Source: Candidatus Omnitrophota bacterium (GTDB lineage: Bacteria; Omnitrophota; Gorgyraeia; Zapsychrales; Fredricksoniimonadaceae). From it: 64,000 nucleotides of DNA. The position numbers and the translations under genes are program-made. The DNA lies in assembly GCA_903908245.1 (NCBI GenBank), contig CAIVRE010000030.1, forward strand, positions 11,857-75,856, read 5' to 3'. A model generated the notes under the pieces. It was given only the letters and a program-made list of their open reading frames with translations. It had not been told where the DNA came from and did not search any database. The first letter of the stretch is position 1, and every line of letters begins with the position of its first letter. Shown here piece after piece: positions 1-8,828 of this stretch.

Positions 1-746
1 TTACAGATCGTGAAAAAAGTGACCCCGTTGATAAATTCATTCTTCGCCGCGTAATCAATGATCCCGGATATTTCGCCTTCATTAAGGTTCTTGGCGATGG
101 TGACATTCAGGATAACGGGGACCCGCAGGGCTTTCAAATTTGCAAGGACCTTGAGTTTGACATCCAGCAGGTCCACGCCCCGCAAAACCGGATACACCTC
201 CCGCTTGAACCCGTCGAACTGAAGGTTGACCCGCTCCAATCCCGCCCGGACAAGATCTTTCAAATAATCAATATTGGTGAACTTCAACCCATTGGTATTG
301 ATGATCGCCGTCTTGTGATGCTTGCGCAGGATCGCAATGATCTCTCCCAGGTCCGGCCTGCACGTCGGTTCACCTCCGGACAAAGTAAAGAACGAAGCCT
401 TGCATTTCCTTACAACATCCTCGATATCCGCACATGAAGGGACAAGGTCCGCCTTGTGTTGCTTAATGTCCCCTAAAGAACAGATCGGGCAACTCATATT
501 GCAACTCCGGGTAGGCCAGATCTCGTACTCAAGGACCTTCTTCTTGCCCTCCATCACAGAAAAATAGAAATCATTAAGCCTTTTGTAACATTCGCTCCTG
601 TTAGACAACAAGATCCTGAAATCCCCGTGCCGGGGGCAGGATTTCTCCATCCACGCCTTGCCGTCCCTGGCCACCACCGAGGCATCCACCACGCCAAGGC
701 AGACAGGGCAGACACTCTTTGTTTTCCTTATGACCTGTGATCCCAT
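1..746 (-). CDS. radical SAM protein, partial (C-terminus beyond window start); N-terminal Cys-rich zinc-ribbon-like segment (CPVC...CPRHG) then CNMSCPIC radical SAM cluster
   Basis: Manual minus-strand translation from ATG at 744-746: MGSQVIRKTKSVCPVCLG...TRSCNMSCPICS (Cx3Cx2C)...TLSGGEPT (SAM-binding Gly-rich). Open to the window edge, so absent from the ORF track. Confidence 0.7.
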   Translation of the reverse strand, partial: MGSQVIRKTKSVCPVCLGVVDASVVARDGKAWMEKSCPRHGDFRILLSNRSECYKRLNDFYFSVMEGKKKVLEYEIWPTRSCNMSCPICSLGDIKQHKADLVPSCADIEDVVRKCKASFFTLSGGEPTCRPDLGEIIAILRKHHKTAIINTNGLKFTNIDYLKDLVRAGLERVNLQFDGFKREVYPVLRGVDLLDVKLKVLANLKALRVPVILNVTIAKNLNEGEISGIIDYAAKNEFINGVTFFTIC

Positions 747-773
747 CCACTTCCTCCCAGGAACCGGCGCCGC

Positions 774-1727
774 TCAACCACGGGGCAAGACCTGCTCTAT
801 CGCGTGAAAATAATCATTTCCCCATTCCCTGGCTTTCCAGTCCAGACACCTGGAACAATAGCTGACCTCGCCAAACTTGCGCGCCATATGCAATTCACGC
901 AGATGCTTATACGCTTCCGATCGCCAAACCTCTGCAATACCCTTCTGATTAATATCCCCGACGACCGTTTCATCCATCCAGTCTTCCACACAAAACTCCG
1001 CAAACCCATCCACATTAATAAAAATACGTTTCCAAAGCAGCGGACAGGGCCACCGGTCCCCGTCAGTGCTGATCTTTAATTTCGCCTGATCCAGAACACC
1101 CCCGATCGTCGTGAACGGACGGACCAGCACCCGGTCCACCTTCCGGCGCCAGTGATCCACAAACGCCCGCAACTCGCCCTCGGATTCCTTCTGATCGATG
1201 ATACTGACAAATATCTTTGTCCGCGCCCCCTTGCGGTCCCTCATCTCGATGAACCGGTGTACATTGGCCATGACCAGATCAAAATCACTGCCCACCCTGA
1301 TCTTCTCATAAGTGGATCTGTTTAAAGCATCCAGGCTGATCTCCACAACCTCAACCCCGATATCCAGGACCCTCCCGGCGATCTCCTGCGAAAGCCTGGT
1401 GCCATTGGTAATAAAATTGACAGGGGAAACTTTCTTATCTTTCGCGTAGCTCAGCATATCCAGGAACCGCGGATGCATCATCGGCTCTCCGTCACAAAGA
1501 AGCCTGAAAAGCACTCCCGGATAAAGCGCGACCTCATCCACGATCTTTTGATAAAGAGCCCAACTCATATGACGCGGACTATAATCAGGCTTTTTGGAAA
1601 CAGCCGTATACGGGCAATGAATACACGACAAGTTGCATACATTGGTGATCTCCATCACCACCATCGCGGGAAATTCCCTTGCCCGCTGATCCGAAAATCC
1701 GAACTTCTGCATAGGAATTCCCTTCAT
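774..1727 (-). CDS. radical SAM/SPASM-domain protein
   Basis: ITNVCNLSCIHCPYT (Cx3Cx2C); C-terminal Cys-rich SPASM/twitch-like region (CPLLW...FCVEDW...YCSRCLDW). Start chosen at MKGIP to avoid overlapping the upstream DegT gene. Confidence 0.8.
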   Translation of the reverse strand: MKGIPMQKFGFSDQRAREFPAMVVMEITNVCNLSCIHCPYTAVSKKPDYSPRHMSWALYQKIVDEVALYPGVLFRLLCDGEPMMHPRFLDMLSYAKDKKVSPVNFITNGTRLSQEIAGRVLDIGVEVVEISLDALNRSTYEKIRVGSDFDLVMANVHRFIEMRDRKGARTKIFVSIIDQKESEGELRAFVDHWRRKVDRVLVRPFTTIGGVLDQAKLKISTDGDRWPCPLLWKRIFINVDGFAEFCVEDWMDETVVGDINQKGIAEVWRSEAYKHLRELHMARKFGEVSYCSRCLDWKAREWGNDYFHAIEQVLPRG

Positions 1728-1740
1728 CTGCGCGATCTTA

Positions 1741-2802
1741 TCAGCAAGCCGCGGCCCTGACGGCCTCAATGATCCGAAGCACCTGTTGCTTGTTCAGCGA
1801 AGGGTAGATAGGGACGGAAAGCACTGACCGCATGATCATTTCCGTCACGGGAAAGTCCTTGCCCGGCAACCGAAGATACTGGTGGATCGACAGCGGCTTG
1901 ATCGTCTGCTTGACTTTCACCCCGTGCGCATAACACTGCCGCATAAAAGAATGAATATCTCCTTTAACCCTGATCATGAACCGGTGAAAAATATGCTTTC
2001 CTCCTGCCGAAGAATATGGAAGCGCGATATCCAGGTCCGAAAAGGCATCACGATAGATCGACGCGATCTTCACCCTTGCCTGGATAAACCCCTTTAATTG
2101 TTTTAACTGGGCCCTGCCAATGGCCGCCTGAAGATCCGTCATTCGATAAGTATATTTAACTCCGACATCCGACGAATCCGGCTCTTTCAATTTTCTTAGC
2201 CTCTCCAGCAACAAAGCCGAGTTGGCCACAACCATTCCGCCTTCTCCGGCAACGATATATTTTGTGCCTTGAAAAGAAAAAACCGCACAATCCCCCCAGC
2301 TGCCCACCGGCCTGCCCTTGTATTCTGCGCCGATAGAATGCGCACAATCCTCGATCACGGGGACACCCAGGGCCTTGAACCGGTCGATCTCGGCCGGACA
2401 GCCGAACATATGGGCCACGATCACGGCTTTTGTCCTGCGGGTCAATTTCTTCTTCGCCTGGGCAAAGGACAGGTTAAAATCATGCTCATCCACATCACAA
2501 ACGACAGGCACGGCACCGCAATAAGCCACCGCGTTAAGCAAAGACCGGCAGGCATAACTCGGCAAGAGCACCTCGGATCCCCGCTCCACACCCAACGCGA
2601 CCAGCGCCAGATGCAACGCGAGGGTCCCCGTGCTTGTTGCAACCGCGCCCAGGCATCCCACGCGATCCGTCACGGCCTCCTCGAACGTTTTAACAAAACG
2701 GCCTTCCGCAAGGAACCTGGTCCTCAAAACCGCGGCCACAGCCTCTTTTTCAGCCCTGCCGATGGTCGGCATGGAATGCTCGATGAACTGCTTTCTTTTC
2801 AC
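1741..2802 (-). CDS. DegT/DnrJ/EryC1/StrS-family PLP-dependent sugar aminotransferase
   Basis: Family-typical N-terminus and FSFQGTKYIVAGEGG lysine motif; 4-nt overlap with the downstream gene. Confidence 0.85.
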   Translation of the reverse strand: MKRKQFIEHSMPTIGRAEKEAVAAVLRTRFLAEGRFVKTFEEAVTDRVGCLGAVATSTGTLALHLALVALGVERGSEVLLPSYACRSLLNAVAYCGAVPVVCDVDEHDFNLSFAQAKKKLTRRTKAVIVAHMFGCPAEIDRFKALGVPVIEDCAHSIGAEYKGRPVGSWGDCAVFSFQGTKYIVAGEGGMVVANSALLLERLRKLKEPDSSDVGVKYTYRMTDLQAAIGRAQLKQLKGFIQARVKIASIYRDAFSDLDIALPYSSAGGKHIFHRFMIRVKGDIHSFMRQCYAHGVKVKQTIKPLSIHQYLRLPGKDFPVTEMIMRSVLSVPIYPSLNKQQVLRIIEAVRAAAC

Positions 2803-3710
2803 TTCGCTCCGGGAATATTTTTTGCTCTTTCCTCATCTTCCGCCTTGAGCCTTTGCGCCAACGAAGAATCAGGATATTTCTCCAGGACTTCGTGCCTGAC
2901 ACTCTGAACATCGTCCAACTTTTTCAATGCGTCATACGCAGTCATCAACTTCTGATAAACATCCTGGATGAACGCACTCTCGATATCCCTGGAAAGGAAA
3001 AAATTCGCCCTGATAAACTCGAAACTTTTCACCGAAGCCTCATTATCCTTGGAATTATCACTCACCAAACCCTGCAGATAAACACTGGCGAACTTGAAAG
3101 GGATAAATATATCATCCGAAGAAAATCCCTGGATCGTCCTGCAGGTAAATTCCTCCAATAAAGCATCCGGATAACGGGCAGCGACTTTCCCGATCTCATC
3201 CGCAAAAAGCAATGCCTGTTCTTTATCGCCCGCCAAAAGAGCTTTATTAAATAAACAATAAGCACCCATGAATTCGGCATCCTTGGCGAACCTGCTGTTC
3301 GGATTATCTTTGGAAAACTGCGTAAACTTATCCGTCGCCTTCGCCAATAACGGCCCGGTCCATCCGGCCTCCTTGGACGATTGAAAAATATCACTCAAGA
3401 TCTGACCGAAAAGATCCCGCTTGTCGGCAGGTGCATACTCCCGGGGCGCTCCCGCACTGACAACAGGCGGTACAGCACCCTGCGCCGGAGAACCGGCACT
3501 CGCTGCCTGCCCATCCACCATATCGATCTCATCAAGGTAATATTTGATCGGCGTCCCGTTAAACTCAACCTCAACATATTCCGCGGTCTTGTTGATAAGC
3601 TTTCCTTCCACCACCTTTCCGGTCTTCAAATGAATAACCTCGGCGGAAACGATCAACGGGATAAAGATCCATACTGCTGTGGCAAAAACAATAACCATTC
3701 GCTTCTTCAT
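2799..3710 (-). CDS. hypothetical exported protein (signal peptide MKKRMVIVFATAVWIFIPLIVSA)
   Basis: ORF with N-terminal signal peptide, no recognisable catalytic motif; translationally coupled to the flanking DegT genes. Confidence 0.5.
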   Translation of the reverse strand: MKKRMVIVFATAVWIFIPLIVSAEVIHLKTGKVVEGKLINKTAEYVEVEFNGTPIKYYLDEIDMVDGQAASAGSPAQGAVPPVVSAGAPREYAPADKRDLFGQILSDIFQSSKEAGWTGPLLAKATDKFTQFSKDNPNSRFAKDAEFMGAYCLFNKALLAGDKEQALLFADEIGKVAARYPDALLEEFTCRTIQGFSSDDIFIPFKFASVYLQGLVSDNSKDNEASVKSFEFIRANFFLSRDIESAFIQDVYQKLMTAYDALKKLDDVQSVRHEVLEKYPDSSLAQRLKAEDEERAKNIPGAK

Positions 3711-4867
3711 ACCTGCCCCCCCTTTTCTTTAACATCCTCTTCACCACCCAAAAATACCCTTAGAACATTGACGACCTGACCCTGCTGCTGCGCGGAAAGC
3801 CCTGTCCAAAAAGGCAAGCTTACCGTCTCATTCCCGATCCTTTCGGCACATGGAAAATCCCCTTCATTATACCCGAATCTGGAGCGGTAAAAAGACAAAA
3901 GATGAACCGCTCGATAATGCACCGCGCATCCGATCCCTTTTTCCGACAATTCCCGCAACAAGGCATCCCGGCACCCCCCGCTCACGCGGACCGTAAAAAG
4001 ATGATACGCACTTTTCACGCCAGGCACGATCCCGGAAAGGCTCACCGGACTGATACCCGCCAGCTCATCCGCATATTTCCTGTATAAAGACGCCCTGGAT
4101 CGCCAGCGACGCTCAATATGCGGGATCTGCGGCAGGAGCATGGCGGCCTGTATATTGCTCATATTATATTTCCAGCCAAGCTCGGGCATATCCCAATGGA
4201 CATAACCGGCTTCGTGCCTGTCCGCCGGCCCCTTGCTCATTCCATGATTTCTCAGGGCCATGACCCGCCCCGCCAGATGGGGATCATTCGTGGCGACCGC
4301 TCCCCCTTCACCGCTCGTTACATTCTTCGTCGCGTAAAAACTGAAACACGCGATATCGCTCAACTGGCCCGGACGGATACCATCTCGCGCGCCCTCGACA
4401 CAGTGCGCGGAATCCTCAATGATCTTCAAGTGATGCGCATCCGCTACTGCCTTGATCGCGCGCATATCACACATTTGGCCGTAAAGATGGACCGGAATGA
4501 CCGCTTTGGTCCTTGGCGTGATCGCCTGCCCGATATTCCGCGGATCGATCAATCCGGTGTTTGGATCAACGTCAACAAAAACCGGCTTCGCCCCTGCATA
4601 AAGAATGGCATTAGGCGTTGCGATAAACGTCATTGGCGTAGTAATGACCTCATCACCCGGCCCCAGCCCAAGGGCAAGAAGAGACAAGTGCAGCGCGGCC
4701 GTGCATGAACTCAGCCCAACAACATGTTTTACCCCCAGATATTCAGCGAATTGACTTTCAAAATCCTTGACATATTGCCCCGTTGTTAAAAATATCCCGT
4801 CGAGGCATTCAAGGACTTTCTGCTTCTCTTCAGCGCCCAGGTTGTGTTTATAGAATTCAACCTTCAT
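3707..4867 (-). CDS. DegT/DnrJ/EryC1/StrS-family PLP-dependent sugar aminotransferase
   Basis: MKVEFYKHNLGAEEKQKVLECLDGIFLTTGQYV...FSFYATKNVTSGEGG lysine motif. Confidence 0.85.
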   Translation of the reverse strand: MKVEFYKHNLGAEEKQKVLECLDGIFLTTGQYVKDFESQFAEYLGVKHVVGLSSCTAALHLSLLALGLGPGDEVITTPMTFIATPNAILYAGAKPVFVDVDPNTGLIDPRNIGQAITPRTKAVIPVHLYGQMCDMRAIKAVADAHHLKIIEDSAHCVEGARDGIRPGQLSDIACFSFYATKNVTSGEGGAVATNDPHLAGRVMALRNHGMSKGPADRHEAGYVHWDMPELGWKYNMSNIQAAMLLPQIPHIERRWRSRASLYRKYADELAGISPVSLSGIVPGVKSAYHLFTVRVSGGCRDALLRELSEKGIGCAVHYRAVHLLSFYRSRFGYNEGDFPCAERIGNETVSLPFWTGLSAQQQGQVVNVLRVFLGGEEDVKEKGGQV

Positions 4868-4868
4868 G
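4845..4868. repeat. 24-nt sequence tgtttatagaattcaaccttcatg covering start codon + first 7 codons (MKVEFYKH) of the DegT gene; identical copy at 6171-6194
   Basis: Exact 24/24 nt identity read directly. Confidence 0.8.
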
Positions 4869-4897
4869 GATCGCCACCCCTGTAATAAGTATCCGTT

Positions 4898-6193
4898 TCA
4901 TTGGGACAGGACCGGTCTTTTTTTAAAAACTTCTTTGAGTATAGTATTGGCCATATTCTCGGCCAGCAGGCGGTTGCCTTTATCTGTACAATGGCCAAAG
5001 TCATAACCGAACGAATCACGGAAATATTCCCGGTAGCTGCCCTTCTCAAGCGCCGCTTTAAATATCTTTTCGTTATCCACGAAAACAACGCCTTCTGCCT
5101 TGCCTTGAAAGATCTTCTTTAACGGTCCCAAATTGCGAATGGGATACTGCGCACAGACATATACTATGCCTCTTTTATGCAGGATCGTCCGGAGTTTAAG
5201 ATAATTATTATTTGTCATTGGACAATAGTAACCTGCTCTTAATTCCCTGGCCTTCTTGCCGTATCTGCCCGCAAGCACCGAATTACCCTTTTCTATATTT
5301 AATACTTCCAATGCTCCGTATGTCATGTCATCTTTTGGATTGAGTTCTATTGCCCTCTTGAATGCCTCTTCCGCCTCGGCAAATTTATTCTGGTTCAGAT
5401 AAGAAACTCCCAGCTCAACATACGCCCAATCATTTTTAGGATCATGCCCTATTGTCCTCCTGAACAGCTCCTCCGCCTCGGCAAATCTCATCTGCCGCCG
5501 GTAAGAAACTCCCAGCTCAATAGGCGCCCTGGCATCTTTGGGATCAAGTTCAATGGCCCTCCTGAATAACTCATCCGCTTCAGAAAATTTACCCTGGCGT
5601 CGATAGAAAACTCCCAGCTCGACATCCGACCCATTGTTCTTTGAGTTGAGATCTAAAGGCCTGCCCTGGTTTGGAGAAGGAACTTCCTCCCTGTGAACAT
5701 CTTCTTTCTTCAGCTTCTTGAGGATATGCGTGTATATGAGCCGGCTGAACCTGTATGCCCGGCAGTGCCGAAATAGCCAGCCATCAGCCTCGGGTATGTC
5801 CTGATAATACATTATCCCGCCATCATTACACCCCATCATTGTTACCACTATATCAGGCTTATACTTGTCAAGATTCGCCTCTAATTGCGATAATATCACT
5901 CCTGTATCAATGCCGATCAATCCCCTGTCGATAACACTGAATTTAACGCCAACATTCCGCTGGTTAAGCACCTCCTCAAGAAACCGCGGGTATTGGTTCA
6001 GGGTGGTCGACTCTCCCAGGCACATGATGCGGCAAGAGCCTTTCTCTTTGATGGCTTGCAGGTTCTTATATTCCTGCAGGGATAACATTATAAAACCGCC
6101 CAGGCGCAAACCTGTCTCAAGGATCAAGGCAGCCAGGAACAATCCGCAAAATATGACGGCAAGTCTTTGATGTTTATAGAATTCAACCTTCAT
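4898..6193 (-). CDS. membrane-anchored SGNH/GDSL-family hydrolase with inserted TPR repeats (paralog 1 of 3)
   Basis: N-terminal TM helix; SGNH blocks GESTT (I), GCND (III), DFGHCT (V); ~5 TPR-like repeats (ELFRRAIELDPKDA...) between blocks III and V. Confidence 0.75.
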   Translation of the reverse strand: MKVEFYKHQRLAVIFCGLFLAALILETGLRLGGFIMLSLQEYKNLQAIKEKGSCRIMCLGESTTLNQYPRFLEEVLNQRNVGVKFSVIDRGLIGIDTGVILSQLEANLDKYKPDIVVTMMGCNDGGIMYYQDIPEADGWLFRHCRAYRFSRLIYTHILKKLKKEDVHREEVPSPNQGRPLDLNSKNNGSDVELGVFYRRQGKFSEADELFRRAIELDPKDARAPIELGVSYRRQMRFAEAEELFRRTIGHDPKNDWAYVELGVSYLNQNKFAEAEEAFKRAIELNPKDDMTYGALEVLNIEKGNSVLAGRYGKKARELRAGYYCPMTNNNYLKLRTILHKRGIVYVCAQYPIRNLGPLKKIFQGKAEGVVFVDNEKIFKAALEKGSYREYFRDSFGYDFGHCTDKGNRLLAENMANTILKEVFKKRPVLSQ

Positions 6194-6194
6194 G
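6171..6194. repeat. second copy of the 24-nt start-codon repeat (see 4845-4868)
   Basis: Exact identity; gives the SGNH-TPR gene the same MKVEFYKH N-terminus as the DegT gene. Confidence 0.8.
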
Positions 6195-7052
6195 CCTCTC
6201 CGCCCTCATAACCGATGAACCGCTCTTCCACATATGATTATTAAAAAAGAACCAGTAAATGCCCCTGATCAATTCGTAAGGAAAAGAAACAATATGCACC
6301 AACACCTGCCGCCCGAAACGATCATTCTTGGTGATCATCCAATACCTGTTCCGGATACATAAATACTGCCGGATATCCCGGCCTGTCTGTGAACCATTGC
6401 CCGTATGTGTGCACGTGATCCGAGGGCAGAATAATACCGCCCAGCCAGCCAGCCTGGCCCGCCAGGCGAGATCCACATCCTCGACAAGAAAGAAGAACCT
6501 TTCATCAAAATACCCCGTTACCTCTTTAAGCTTCTCCAGCATCTTTCGCCTGTAAAAAGCCGCCGCACTGCAAGGGCCGATGATCTTCCCTTCCGCCGGA
6601 ATAGCCATCACCTTCTTCCGTCCGCGATTAAGATCATGGAACCTTCTCAAGAACGTCAGGTCGATCCCATGGGAATAAACCGTCTCGCCATCCTCGTTCA
6701 ATATATCGGCCTGAACCATTCCGATGTTATCCGCAAATGAAAAACTGGCCGAAATGAACTGCCGGATAAAATCATCACCGATCACCACATCACTGTCCAG
6801 CGTCAGGACCCAATCCCCGGATGAAGCCGCTATCCCCTGGTTCCTGGCCCTGCAAGCGCCCTCATTCCCTGAATTCTCTATCAATCGGACTTGCCTGTAA
6901 TTCTCCTTGAGAATACGAAGGGTCGCGTCTTTCGAGCCATTATCAACAACAATGACCTCAACACCCTCGTCCCCCTGGCGAAACACAGCATCCAGGCACG
7001 ACTGAACATGTTCCTGGCTATTGAACGTAACAATGATTATTGACAGCCGCAT
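6183..7052 (-). CDS. family 2 glycosyltransferase
   Basis: MRLSIIIVTFNSQEHVQSCLDAV...VIVVDNGSKD; DxD-type motifs. Confidence 0.85.
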   Translation of the reverse strand: MRLSIIIVTFNSQEHVQSCLDAVFRQGDEGVEVIVVDNGSKDATLRILKENYRQVRLIENSGNEGACRARNQGIAASSGDWVLTLDSDVVIGDDFIRQFISASFSFADNIGMVQADILNEDGETVYSHGIDLTFLRRFHDLNRGRKKVMAIPAEGKIIGPCSAAAFYRRKMLEKLKEVTGYFDERFFFLVEDVDLAWRARLAGWAVLFCPRITCTHTGNGSQTGRDIRQYLCIRNRYWMITKNDRFGRQVLVHIVSFPYELIRGIYWFFFNNHMWKSGSSVMRAERHEG

Positions 7053-8407
7053 TTGCCCTTGAAAATTTGATAAAGAGTTGGCTTGATGCTTTCCAGGTCA
7101 TCAATGCTTAAATCCATGGTCCTGACAATGAACTTCTCATTGCCATCATAATCATCCCAATCAACGGAACCCAACCAGCCCTTGCCCTGGGCATACCGAA
7201 AATATTCCGTTCCCGGGTACGGCGTGGCAAACGTGAACTGCAGCGAATCAGGATCCATTTCTCTGGCAAAATCGATGGTGCTTTGCATCGTTTGCCGGGT
7301 TTCTCCAGGAAGGCCGATGCAAAATGTTAAATGAACTTTTATTCCCAGCCGCTTCGTGACCCCTATCACTGCCCTGGCTTTATCCAGGTCCAGGCTTTTC
7401 TTGCACTGGCTGCGAATATCCTGATCTGCCGATTCAATGCCATATTTCACGGCATATGCGCCGGCACGAGCCATGGTCTCCAGCAATTCTTCATCCATCA
7501 GATCCACTCGCGTCATCGCCGCCCAAGGGACATGAAGACCTCTCCTGATGATCTCTTCACAGATCTTTACAACGTACCCTCGATCACAATTAAAAACCTC
7601 GTCGTCAAAATAAACCGCTTTAAAATCAAACTGCCGGACAAGATGCTCCATCTCATCCACCACATCCATGAAATCCCTTTTCCTGTACCCGTTGCCTTTA
7701 TAAAGAGTCTGCGGCAAAAGACAAAAGGAACACTGGAATGGACATCCCCGGCTGGCCAACATCTGGACACTGGGACATGGCAGCCCCGCGAATCCGTCAT
7801 TGTACTTATAGATCAGGGGCACAAGCCTTTCCGGCCAGGGCAAAACATCCAGATCGTCAACAGATCCCCGCCGGTCGCTCAAAACAACCCCGCCCCCTTC
7901 GCGATATGCCAATCCGGCCACAGGCCTCAAATCCCTGCCGCCCTCAAGGGCATTAACCAGATCAAGGGCTACCTGTTCATATTCTCCGACGATAACATAA
8001 TCGATGCTCTCATGCTCTTTGAGGATCTCGGCAGCGAATTCCCCGGCATGCGCGCCGCACAGGCCGATCTTGATGCCTTTAAGGCTTTGCCGAATGGCCG
8101 CAATGATCCTCATATCATTCTTGAAAGACGGCGTGGATGTTTCAACCAGAACAAGCCCCGGATCAAAGCCGGCGATCTCCTCGATACAGGCAGCCTCCGA
8201 CATTTCGCCGGCGATCGCGTCGACCAGTTTCACGCCCTTGCCTTCTTTTTTCAATAACGCCGCCGTATAAGCGAGGAAGAACGGGAACGGGATATAATGA
8301 ATATGCCCGTCCCGTTCAGGTTTCGACGTAAACGGCCAGCGCGACCCCGCCCTGACCCCGAAGCGCCCGTCTTTAAACCATGGAAGATTGACCAGGACCG
8401 TTCTCAT
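7037..8407 (-). CDS. B12-binding-domain radical SAM protein (class B, putative C-methyltransferase)
   Basis: N-terminal cobalamin-binding Rossmann-like region, then ASRGCPFQCSFC (Cx3Cx2C). Start set at MRTVLVNLPW (ATG 8405-8407) abutting the upstream stop. Confidence 0.8.
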   Translation of the reverse strand: MRTVLVNLPWFKDGRFGVRAGSRWPFTSKPERDGHIHYIPFPFFLAYTAALLKKEGKGVKLVDAIAGEMSEAACIEEIAGFDPGLVLVETSTPSFKNDMRIIAAIRQSLKGIKIGLCGAHAGEFAAEILKEHESIDYVIVGEYEQVALDLVNALEGGRDLRPVAGLAYREGGGVVLSDRRGSVDDLDVLPWPERLVPLIYKYNDGFAGLPCPSVQMLASRGCPFQCSFCLLPQTLYKGNGYRKRDFMDVVDEMEHLVRQFDFKAVYFDDEVFNCDRGYVVKICEEIIRRGLHVPWAAMTRVDLMDEELLETMARAGAYAVKYGIESADQDIRSQCKKSLDLDKARAVIGVTKRLGIKVHLTFCIGLPGETRQTMQSTIDFAREMDPDSLQFTFATPYPGTEYFRYAQGKGWLGSVDWDDYDGNEKFIVRTMDLSIDDLESIKPTLYQIFKGKCGCQ

Positions 8408-8408
8408 A

Positions 8409-8828
8409 TTATTTATTAAGATCAATGTGCCTCTGGATCTGTTCGAAGAATACCCTGACCTGATCAAGATTCTGATTAATATCTTTTGAATCACAATTGA
8501 TCTGGTCAACCGCGTGATTAATGCCCTCCAGGCGGTCGAGCTTCTCGAGCCGGCCGAGCTTTTCAAGGTTATCGAGCCGGGACAGGCCCTGCCTTAATTC
8601 TTCCAGCTTCCTGTTCTGATCAAAGATCATTTGCGCGATATTACCGAAAACCCGGATCAACAGCGCGGCAAGGGCCCCCGCGAACATGATCAAACATCCC
8701 GCAATGACCGCGCGAAGACCGGCCGATCCGGCAACGATCCAATACCCTCCGCCCAGCACTCCGAGCGCGCACAAGCCCCAGGCAAAAACATTCAAAACAA
8801 ACACCGTCGGGATCTCTTTAGTTTTCAT
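8409..8828 (-). CDS. small membrane protein: two TM helices + C-terminal coiled coil (LDNLEKLGRLEKLDRLEG)
   Basis: Hydrophobic segments and heptad-like LxxLEK repeats; function unknown. Confidence 0.5.
   Translation of the reverse strand: MKTKEIPTVFVLNVFAWGLCALGVLGGGYWIVAGSAGLRAVIAGCLIMFAGALAALLIRVFGNIAQMIFDQNRKLEELRQGLSRLDNLEKLGRLEKLDRLEGINHAVDQINCDSKDINQNLDQVRVFFEQIQRHIDLNK

Noticed and set aside
322-567. 81-aa plus-strand ORF at the window start
   Set aside because: It lies inside and antisense to the partial radical SAM gene (1-746), which has Cx3Cx2C and SAM-binding motifs.
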